A stretch of DNA of 64,000 bases from Actinomycetota bacterium (lineage in GTDB: Bacteria; Actinomycetota; Geothermincolia; Geothermincolales; RBG-13-55-18): positions 1,544 to 65,543 of the forward strand of contig JABLXL010000005.1 in the NCBI GenBank assembly GCA_013178005.1. Direction: 5' to 3'. The position numbers were made by a program, and so were the translations under genes. Below the pieces are notes generated by a model that saw nothing but the letters and a program-made list of their open reading frames with translations, was not told the DNA's origin and made no database searches. Shown piece after piece: positions 57,231 to 64,000 of the stretch. The number at the start of each line of letters is the position of its first letter. Positions within the stretch are counted from its first letter, which is position 1.

Positions 57231-57608
57231 TCATTCGCGTGAATGCGGTCGGCGGTAGAGTTCGGCCCCTTCCGCGAGGGCGGAGGCCACGAACCCGTTT
57301 CCCTCCTCCAGCATCGACTCCAGCTCCTCGCGCGTATAGGGGAAGACGTCCACGCCGACGGGAAAGCGCGAGGGCATGAAAACGGGTATGCGGTCGAGGA
57401 AGGGCAGCTCGGACCGGTCAAGCACTATGAGGAGGTCGACGTCGCTGGAGGGCACCTCGTCCCCCCTGGCGAAGGAGCCGAATAGCACCACCCTTTCCAG
57501 CTCGGGATGCCCGGCCGACAGCTCTCCCACATACTCGGCGAGGGCCTCCCTCACCGCCTCGCGGTCAAGATACCTTATCCTCACAAAAGGAGATGACTGC
57601 CTCTCCAT
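57231..57608 (-). CDS. MNT-type nucleotidyltransferase (antitoxin of a HEPN/MNT pair)
   Basis: GSFARGDEVPSSDVDLLIV Pol-beta nucleotidyltransferase motif. Confidence 0.75.
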   Translation of the reverse strand: MERQSSPFVRIRYLDREAVREALAEYVGELSAGHPELERVVLFGSFARGDEVPSSDVDLLIVLDRSELPFLDRIPVFMPSRFPVGVDVFPYTREELESMLEEGNGFVASALAEGAELYRRPHSRE

Positions 57609-57948
57609 TGTCGATCGCCCTTTCCGCCTCCGTCCTCGTGTAGTACTCGAAGGGAGCCCCCTGGGGATGCGAGTTGGGATATCGCGGCGGGATATAGTGC
57701 TTGTCCAGCTCCTTGCCTTTTTCCAGCAATTCCTCCCCCACCCCGATCTCCGCGGGTAACCCCGATAGCAACGCGCTCACCGAATGTCCCCAAGCCTCGG
57801 CTCCCAGGCTCTGGAAAAGGGCCTTCACCGCCTTTTCCGCGCCCTGCTGCGCTGCGAAACACGCCCATTCGTAGTCCCCGTCGCGCAAGGCGTGTCGCGC
57901 GTGCTCGAGGTCTCTCCTCGCCTGCTTCAACCAGTCCCCGTGCCTGGA
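57565..57948 (-). CDS. HEPN-domain protein (toxin of a HEPN/MNT pair)
   Basis: HEPN fold helices with an Rx4-6H-like region (ARHALRDGDYEWACFAAQQGAEKAVKALF). Overlaps the MNT gene. Confidence 0.65.
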   Translation of the reverse strand, partial: SRHGDWLKQARRDLEHARHALRDGDYEWACFAAQQGAEKAVKALFQSLGAEAWGHSVSALLSGLPAEIGVGEELLEKGKELDKHYIPPRYPNSHPQGAPFEYYTRTEAERAIDNGEAVISFCEDKVS

Positions 57949-58045
57949 CGGCATGGCGTTCACCCCCACCTGATTATACATCGTCGCCCATGTGGTTCTC
58001 TCCGGCGAGCGCGATGCGGGCGTCTGCCGCCACCGAATACCGCCG

Positions 58046-59068
58046 CTAAATATTCTTTCCGAGCTCGGCAAGGATTTCCTCGAGCGGGGGCGCGCCGAAA
58101 AAGCGCTTCCCGGTTATGCCGTCGCAACAGCTCTTGTAGAGGAGGGAGACCAGTTCCTTCATCCTCGCGGGCAGGGGTGGCGGAGACTGGCGGACGAGCC
58201 CTTTCCACTCGATGCGGTTGGCCCTCTTGGCCTCCTCGACCTCCCTGCTCCATTCCGTGCCGCGGTAGAAGATCCTGGCGATCTCCTTGCTCACCGGCAT
58301 CCCGCGGTACTCGAAGCGGCATTCGTCGGGGGTGCCCAGTACGTCCACCAGCATGAGCCGGCGGTTCTCGTCGAAGGCGAACTCCACCTTGCCGTCCTGG
58401 TTCTCCAGCCCCAGGGGCTCAACGACGCTAGTAATGAGGGCGTTGATCCGCATGGTGGCTTCCTTCAATTCCAAGAGTTCCCGTGGGGACAGCCCGGCTA
58501 TCTCCCGCGCCTCCTCCCATCCCAGGTACCTGTCGGTGGACTCCAGCTTGGTCGATACGTCCAGGATGGGCCGCTCCAGCCTCTCGCCGGGTTTGGGAGG
58601 CCCTTCCAGCCCCAGGTCCTCTATGCTCACGCTGCCCTCCTCCAAGCGCTTGAACACGCTGGAGCCCTCCGGCAGCGAGTTGCGGTAGATCACCTCCAGG
58701 GGTATGAGGAAGTTCCCCTTCTCGGCGCTGTAGGCGGAGTAATCGTAGGCGTCCCCGGCGGGGCGCGGTTCCACCACGCGCACCAGCTTCACCTCCATGG
58801 TATCCGCCGGCTCCTCCAGCTCCGAAAGGCGCCGCGGCACCCCGCCCTTTCCCACCACGCCCAGATAATGCGTGGGCATCCCCATGTCCTCTAACCTCTC
58901 GAAGAAATAAGCTCCCATGAGGCAGAGCGCTGCCCCCTTTCCCTCGATGAGGTCCGGCATCTCCCCCCAGTCGAAAACGGAGTAACGGTCCGAGAAGTGG
59001 AACCTGCCCCTGCCCGGCTTGCCTTCGGAGGGCGCCTCGAGCACCTCCAGGTCTTTAACGCTTCCCAT
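58046..59068 (-). CDS. purC: phosphoribosylaminoimidazole-succinocarboxamide (SAICAR) synthase
   Basis: PurC signatures (GKVRD-like SVKDLEV...GRGRFHFSDRYSVFDW). Long-form enzyme. Confidence 0.85.
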   Translation of the reverse strand: MGSVKDLEVLEAPSEGKPGRGRFHFSDRYSVFDWGEMPDLIEGKGAALCLMGAYFFERLEDMGMPTHYLGVVGKGGVPRRLSELEEPADTMEVKLVRVVEPRPAGDAYDYSAYSAEKGNFLIPLEVIYRNSLPEGSSVFKRLEEGSVSIEDLGLEGPPKPGERLERPILDVSTKLESTDRYLGWEEAREIAGLSPRELLELKEATMRINALITSVVEPLGLENQDGKVEFAFDENRRLMLVDVLGTPDECRFEYRGMPVSKEIARIFYRGTEWSREVEEAKRANRIEWKGLVRQSPPPLPARMKELVSLLYKSCCDGITGKRFFGAPPLEEILAELGKNI

Positions 59069-59243
59069 CGACTTCCCTTTCCTTTACCAAACCAGTCACC
59101 TGCAAAGCTTGTTGTTTGCCATGCCCGATCCGGGATCATGCCCCGGCAAGCATCGGCGCGAGGTCGCTTCGCGCCTTAAGAAGCTCTTCTTTCCGCCGCG
59201 GTCGGCCGAAGCGCCTGTCCCCACCCGCAACAGCGCCCGCAAG

Positions 59244-59801
59244 TCAACCTCCGGACATCTTCCTGTAAGCCCTCGAGAGCTCGAGGTTCATGTCCGCCAC
59301 CCTTCTCGCGAACTCCCCGGCTTGATCATCCAGGTCCGCGAGGCGCAGGGCCTTCTCCGGCGTGTCCACGACGCTTCCGGATGCGACCAGTCTTCCCGCG
59401 TCCACCTCCACCCCTTCAACCACAGCCACTTGCCTGATAACCGTCCCATCCCCGATGGAGGCGTTGAAAATCACTGAGCCGAACCCCACGAAACAGCCGT
59501 CCCCTATCCTGCAAGGGCCATGTATTATGCACCCATGGGCAAGGGATGCTCTTCGGCCGATAACCACGGATGAACCCTTCAGCGCGTGGATTATCACGCC
59601 GTCCTGTACGTTGCTCCCCTCCCCTATCTCGATCGAGCTTTCCGGCTCGTCCGCCCTCAACACCGCGCATGGCCCTATGAAGACCTCGTCGCCGACGATC
59701 ACCTTGCCGACGAGCAGGGCTGTCGGGTCGATGTAGGCGCTTCCCGATATCATGGGCGATTCCCCCTGGGGATTGGGCCTTCCCTTCACGTTTCCTTTCA
59801 T
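59244..59801 (-). CDS. gamma-class carbonic-anhydrase-like / left-handed beta-helix hexapeptide-repeat protein
   Basis: Hexapeptide repeats with the His ligand context of gamma-CA/YrdA/PaaY (VIIHALKG...LAHGCIIHGP). Its ATG overlaps the PEPC stop (ATGA). Confidence 0.7.
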   Translation of the reverse strand: MKGNVKGRPNPQGESPMISGSAYIDPTALLVGKVIVGDEVFIGPCAVLRADEPESSIEIGEGSNVQDGVIIHALKGSSVVIGRRASLAHGCIIHGPCRIGDGCFVGFGSVIFNASIGDGTVIRQVAVVEGVEVDAGRLVASGSVVDTPEKALRLADLDDQAGEFARRVADMNLELSRAYRKMSGG

Positions 59802-61327
59802 CCCATGAAACCTCTCAACACCGCGGTCTCCTCCACCATCTCTGAAACGTTCCTGCCCTCCTCGAGGAGCAGGAGGATGTTCGAGGTCATGTTCCTGTGG
59901 ATAAGGTGCTTGTTGTGAGAGGGCTCCGTCTGGATGCCCAGGACCCCCTCCAGCCACTTCAGGTCCTCCTCCACTCCGGCCAGGGCCGGGAACCTGCCCT
60001 TCAGCCGCGCGATGTTCTCCCGGTTCACGAAGGCGCACGCTTCCTCCGCGTCCCGCTTGAGGTTCACGTACAAGCGGCTCAGCGACTCGCTCAACCCCAC
60101 GTCGAAGGCCTCCCTCAATGCCCTCCCGGTTCCTATCACCTCGGGGGGTATGCCCAGGGAGTAAAGCGAGGCGGTGAAAGTGATTGCGCGGGGCAAGCTC
60201 ACCCCCTTGGTAATCTCCCTGGAATACCCGAACAAGCCGGTATGCAGCCTCCTCTCCCTCCGCCTCGGTATGTGTCTCGACATCTCGATGATCAAGGGCG
60301 CGATCTCGATGATAGTGGCGCGATAGTGCTTTTTAAAGACGGCGATGAGCTTTTCCGCGTCCCTCGCCTCCTCGCCGCTCATCTCCGGAGCCCTCGAGCC
60401 CTTGGCAAGGACCCGGTTCAAAGCCTTGACCGCCTTGGTCACGTCCTCGGCGGGATGGTCATAGCGGAAGGACGACTGCACGGTGGCGGTGCGCACGCCT
60501 GGGTATTCCTCCAGGAACCGTTTCACGGTGAGCGGGGACAGGTTGCCGCGGAAAGGCACGCTGCCGCAGCCGATGATGGGATAGACCTCCAACCCGCTCT
60601 CCTCCGCCGCCCGGTAAGCCCTGGAAAGGCCCACCTTGGCCCCCAGCACCGCGGGCACCAGGCCGTAGTTGAGAGCGGGGTCGGAGCGGGCGATGAACGG
60701 CCTCACGTATTCCAGTTCCTTTATCCTCGCCAGGCCTTTTCTCCGGTAAAGGGATACGTATCTACGGATGAGGTCGCCCAGCCCCATCATGTCCGGTATG
60801 TCCTCCACCAGGGGGATTATCTCGATTATGGGAGGGTTGCCGCTGCCGATCCTCCTCTCGGGATCCTTCCTGATCAACCGCGCGAAATCGGAGTAGACGC
60901 CCTGCAGGTACACGAGCTGATCCGCCGAGGTGGTCATGGGGAGGATTATCTCGAACACCGGCGGGCAGTGCAGGCCGATGTCCTTCGCGATGTCGTGGGC
61001 GGCGAGGATGTTGGCGAAGGCGCGCAGGATGCGGTAGCTGCCCTTCTCCACCCATATATTGGGAAGGCGGTAGGTGAGGAAGATATCCCTGCCCAGCGCC
61101 TTCTTCCTGAAGTAGGCGAGATCCTCCTCGAACACGCGCTCGATGACCGCCTCGTCTACGTATTTGCCCTCCCAGTCCCACATGAACTCGTGGCATCCGA
61201 GCGCCTCGAAGGCGACCAGGCACTCCTTCACCTCGTCCCGGCTGTCTATGAAGCTCTTTCCGAGCCAGAAGGCCGCGCAAGCATTATCCGGGTGTTGCGT
61301 GGCCATGGTAGTGGGTATGCTTCTCAT
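59798..61327 (-). CDS. ppcA: archaeal-type phosphoenolpyruvate carboxylase (PepcA, PEPcase type 2)
   Basis: About 509 aa, with the N-terminal ATQHPDN motif characteristic of the short archaeal-type PEPC family. Confidence 0.65.
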   Translation of the reverse strand: MRSIPTTMATQHPDNACAAFWLGKSFIDSRDEVKECLVAFEALGCHEFMWDWEGKYVDEAVIERVFEEDLAYFRKKALGRDIFLTYRLPNIWVEKGSYRILRAFANILAAHDIAKDIGLHCPPVFEIILPMTTSADQLVYLQGVYSDFARLIRKDPERRIGSGNPPIIEIIPLVEDIPDMMGLGDLIRRYVSLYRRKGLARIKELEYVRPFIARSDPALNYGLVPAVLGAKVGLSRAYRAAEESGLEVYPIIGCGSVPFRGNLSPLTVKRFLEEYPGVRTATVQSSFRYDHPAEDVTKAVKALNRVLAKGSRAPEMSGEEARDAEKLIAVFKKHYRATIIEIAPLIIEMSRHIPRRRERRLHTGLFGYSREITKGVSLPRAITFTASLYSLGIPPEVIGTGRALREAFDVGLSESLSRLYVNLKRDAEEACAFVNRENIARLKGRFPALAGVEEDLKWLEGVLGIQTEPSHNKHLIHRNMTSNILLLLEEGRNVSEMVEETAVLRGFMG

Positions 61328-61677
61328 CCGCCGTCCCCCTATGTCCGTCCGGCCGCCGTCCCCCGCTCTCGCGGGATGCTGAGAACCTTTCTCCGAGCGG
61401 GTTCAGTGCGAGGCCTGGGTAAAGTAAGTGTCATATTAACACAGGAAAGGGGCGTCCGACAAAGCGCTTCCTCAACTAGTTTCGTCACCCTCCATGATCC
61501 ACTCGCTCCCGGGCAATGGTGCGGCCGCGGCGACGCTGCACTTTACCCCCGGCCGCCCGCACGGACGGTATCACCCTTGACCGACGCTGAGCAGGCGATC
61601 GTTGCTTTCCCCGCGAAGCGGATTTGCGGTATCGTGATAACCGAAGCGCATCTTCTTGTTATAAAGGGGGGATTCTC

Positions 61678-62100
61678 ATGACCATGATCTCGTGTCCCGA
61701 CTGCGGCAAGGACGTCTCGGACCTGGCGCCGGCCTGCCCCAACTGCGGCTATCCCGTCGCCGAGGAGGCGGAAAAGGCGGCGGCGGAAAAGGAGAAAAAG
61801 AAGGGCCTCGAAGGTTTCGTCGATTTCATCCGAAAGCAGGGCGTGGTGGGCCTGGCCATCGGCTTCATCGTGGGCGTGGCCACGGGCACCGTGGTCAACT
61901 CCCTGGTCACCGACCTGATCAACCCGATCATCGGCGCGATCGTCGGGCAGGGCAGCCTGGACACGCTGACCTTCCACATCGGAGACGCCGTGTTCAACTA
62001 CGGCCACTTTATCGGGGTGGTGATCAACTTCGTGATCATCCTGGCCGTAGTCTATTTCGGCTTCAAGGCGCTGCGCCTGGAAAAACTCGACAAGAAATAA
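61678..62100 (+). CDS. mscL: large-conductance mechanosensitive channel MscL with an N-terminal Cys4 zinc-ribbon extension
   Basis: CPDCG...CPNCG zinc ribbon, then the MscL TM1 (VVGLAIGFIVGVATGTVVNSLVTDLINPIIG) and TM2. ATG with an AAAGGGGGG RBS. Confidence 0.7.
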   Translation: MTMISCPDCGKDVSDLAPACPNCGYPVAEEAEKAAAEKEKKKGLEGFVDFIRKQGVVGLAIGFIVGVATGTVVNSLVTDLINPIIGAIVGQGSLDTLTFHIGDAVFNYGHFIGVVINFVIILAVVYFGFKALRLEKLDKK

Positions 62101-62406
62101 TTCGCCAAGCGGCTTTCGCCGCCCGCATGCAGCTGCCGTACGAAAGGGCGCGGGATCCCGCGCCCTTTTCCTTGCCCTGCCATTTAGTCCCGCACTTGAT
62201 GCATCCCTGGGCGGCATCGCCGAGGGGGCGCCGGTCGGGCGCTCCCGCTTTCTCACCGGACCTCGCGGCCGGCATGAATGCCGTCCTCATGCTCCGCCAG
62301 CGACTCTATGGTGCCGTCCAGCCCGCAGGAGGCGGTGGTGTGCTCCGCCGGAACCATACCGCTCGGTCCGGTGGCGCCGTGCCTCGCGACAGGCGGGAAA
62401 ACAGCC

Positions 62407-63756
62407 TCAATGCTCCGCCAGCGACTCTATGGTGCCGTCCAGCCCGCAGGAGGCGGTGGTCTCCTTGAAGGTGCCCTCCCACATGCCGATGGCCACCGCC
62501 AGCTCCTGGTGGTCCTGGGCGTACTCGTGGATGGGGATTCCGCACATGGTGGCCTCGATGGCCTGGCGGAATGCCCGCGCGCCCGCCGTCGGTCCCATGG
62601 GGTGGGCGTGGATGCCGCCTCCGGAGCCGATCATAATCTCCTTCCCCAGGTCCGCCACGCACACCGGCACCATGTCCGGGGTGATGCCTCCCGAGGGCAT
62701 GGGCATGGTCGGCTTCAGGTTATGCAGGGGATAGTGCATGACGTCGGCGGTGTAGACGAAGCGGTCCTTAAGGTAGGGCGCCTTGCCGTAGGGCGCGGGG
62801 AAGACGATGGCGTCGGCCCCCGCCAGGCGGGGAAGCTTGCCCAGCACCAGGTGGGAGGCGATACCGGAGATGGGCGACTCGTAGAGGGCGCCTGCGCAGT
62901 CCATGTGGGCGAGGATGGGCACGTTGATGTCCGGATCCTCGGCCAGGGTCTGCAGCGCCGGGAGCCCCACCGCCAGGTAATTGACCATGATGGCGTTGGC
63001 GCCGGCGTCCACCACCCGCTTGGCGATCTCGAACATCTTGGGGATGTTGTCCGATATGTTCACCGTGTACAGGGTGTGCTCCCCCGTCTCCTCGTAGACC
63101 CGCTTCTCCATGGCCATGTAAGCCCTGACCCGGTCCTCGCAGCGGTTGAAGGCCATGTCCGCGATGAGCTCGTCGTCCTTGATGACGTCGCACCCGCCCA
63201 GGGCGGCCTCGTAGAAGAGCTTCTCCCCGATCTCGCAGGAGTATCCGGTGCAGGGCTTGATCATGTTATTGAGCAAGGGGCGGTGCTCCTTCATCCCCAG
63301 CGCCTCGTAAATGCCGTCGATGCCGAACTTGGGGCCCCCGAAACCGTCGGTGTAGCTCTTGGGGAACCACAGGTCGATGAGCTTAATCTTTCCACCCATG
63401 GAAATATTTCCCACCACGGCGGTAAGCAGCATGGGGATCTGGTGCTCTATGTTGCGCACGGGGAAGGCCACCTGCACTACGTAGGTCCGCTCCTCCACCT
63501 CCTTGGGCACCTCGAACTCGTAGAAAGGCACCTCGTGGATGGCGATGACCTTGGCCACGTGCTTCGCCCTAACCTCCGGCGTCTCGCCCGGAACCGCGGT
63601 CCAGGTGCCGGTGGACTGCTCCACCGCCAGGAAGGGCGCCAGGTAGTACATGATCATGTCCCTGGGCAGAGCCGCGTAGTAGGTGGCGATGATGAAATCA
63701 TCGTCCTCTATGCCCTCCGGCAAAGCCTTGGGCTGCGCCTCGTAGTACAGCATCAT
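62407..63756 (-). CDS. RuBisCO large-subunit-like protein (probable form IV RLP)
   Basis: RuBisCO fold with K175-like IKP, the carbamylation motif GGCDVIKDDE and SGGGIH. The KPK second Lys is replaced (IKPC) and the R295 equivalent is Met (HMDCAG), consistent with an RLP. Confidence 0.65.
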   Translation of the reverse strand: MMLYYEAQPKALPEGIEDDDFIIATYYAALPRDMIMYYLAPFLAVEQSTGTWTAVPGETPEVRAKHVAKVIAIHEVPFYEFEVPKEVEERTYVVQVAFPVRNIEHQIPMLLTAVVGNISMGGKIKLIDLWFPKSYTDGFGGPKFGIDGIYEALGMKEHRPLLNNMIKPCTGYSCEIGEKLFYEAALGGCDVIKDDELIADMAFNRCEDRVRAYMAMEKRVYEETGEHTLYTVNISDNIPKMFEIAKRVVDAGANAIMVNYLAVGLPALQTLAEDPDINVPILAHMDCAGALYESPISGIASHLVLGKLPRLAGADAIVFPAPYGKAPYLKDRFVYTADVMHYPLHNLKPTMPMPSGGITPDMVPVCVADLGKEIMIGSGGGIHAHPMGPTAGARAFRQAIEATMCGIPIHEYAQDHQELAVAIGMWEGTFKETTASCGLDGTIESLAEH

Positions 63757-63878
63757 CCTCTCCTCCTCATGGTCTATTCTTCATCTTCAAGTCAAATATT
63801 CCCGTCTTGACGATCACTCCCGGTTGTCTCCTTCACCCCCTCGATTTACGCGCCATCTTCCGTCCAACCTTTTCTTCC

Positions 63879-64000
63879 TCAAGCCTCGCAGGCTTCCTCT
63901 CCCTCGTTGAGCATGCGGCAGACCCCGGTGAGGTTGCCGTACAGCCTGCGGAAGACGCCGTAGAGCTCCTCGTATTCGTCGCAGCATCCCGGGTCGGGCT
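63879..64000 (-). CDS. 3' end of an unidentified CDS running off the window edge
   Basis: GC3-rich open frame ending at a TGA. The roughly 40 C-terminal residues are visible (…LYGNLTGVCRMLNEGEEACEA). Confidence 0.3.
   Translation of the reverse strand, partial: PDPGCCDEYEELYGVFRRLYGNLTGVCRMLNEGEEACEA

Noticed and set aside
59897-63810. Plus-strand ORFs 59897..61681 (594 aa) and 62278..63810 (510 aa)
   Set aside because: Antisense to the archaeal-type PEPC and to the RuBisCO-like gene, both of which carry diagnostic motifs.

Overview
This is a high-GC, gene-dense bacterial chromosomal window (the organism is not identifiable from the sequence; lipobox lipoproteins, FtsX/ABC exporters, a LytTR regulator and MscL indicate a bacterium). 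Several small low-GC patches mark foreign DNA. It is notable for archaeal-type enzymes: a three-protein split glutamate synthase, an archaeal-type PEP carboxylase and a DUF128/NrpR-like regulator.

Main content, left to right:
- An FAD-dependent oxidoreductase (3' part) and an unusual Cys-rich Fe-S protein.
- An alpha/beta hydrolase and a GDT1/UPF0016 membrane protein.
- A corrinoid protein plus MtaA-like (URO-D family) methyltransferase pair, next to a penicillin-acylase-family Ntn hydrolase.
- mobA-fdhD, a DUF192 gene, a MeaB GTPase and ychF.
- A signalling module: a GAF/PAS sensor histidine kinase, a REC-GGDEF protein carrying a variant GGDDF motif, and a LytTR response regulator.
- A metallophosphoesterase lipoprotein and tRNA-Ala(CGC).
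- A second Cys-rich Fe-S paralog, then flavodiiron protein plus rubredoxin lying divergent from two 2-hydroxyacyl-CoA dehydratase-family subunits.
- A low-GC IS200/RAYT-type tyrosine transposase flanked by inverted REP-like palindromes; further REP copies lie about 4 kb away.
- A lipoprotein/FtsX/ABC exporter cassette, a GH-like lipoprotein and a large flotillin-like SPFH protein.
- A 1.6-kb low-GC islet carrying HepT/MNT plus an Xis-like HTH gene, bracketed by a roughly 480-bp duplication of the nadE 3' end region.
- A roughly 12-kb nitrogen-assimilation supercluster: nadE, glnA, glnK, amtB, a GlnR-like OmpR regulator, the split archaeal-type GOGAT with a flavoprotein and ferredoxin, and a divergently transcribed NrpR-like regulator with a perfect 13-3-13 palindrome upstream.
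- An ABC-2 exporter, an acetoacetate-decarboxylase-like protein and a HEPN/MNT pair.
- purC, then a gamma-carbonic-anhydrase-like gene whose start overlaps the stop of the archaeal-type PEPC (likely one transcript).
- A zinc-ribbon-MscL fusion and a RuBisCO-like protein.

A recurring oddity is that the 3' ends of several genes (nadE, glnA, the flavodiiron gene and the RuBisCO-like gene) and the junction between the two dehydratase genes are re-duplicated a short distance downstream. I found no CRISPR array and no rRNA.
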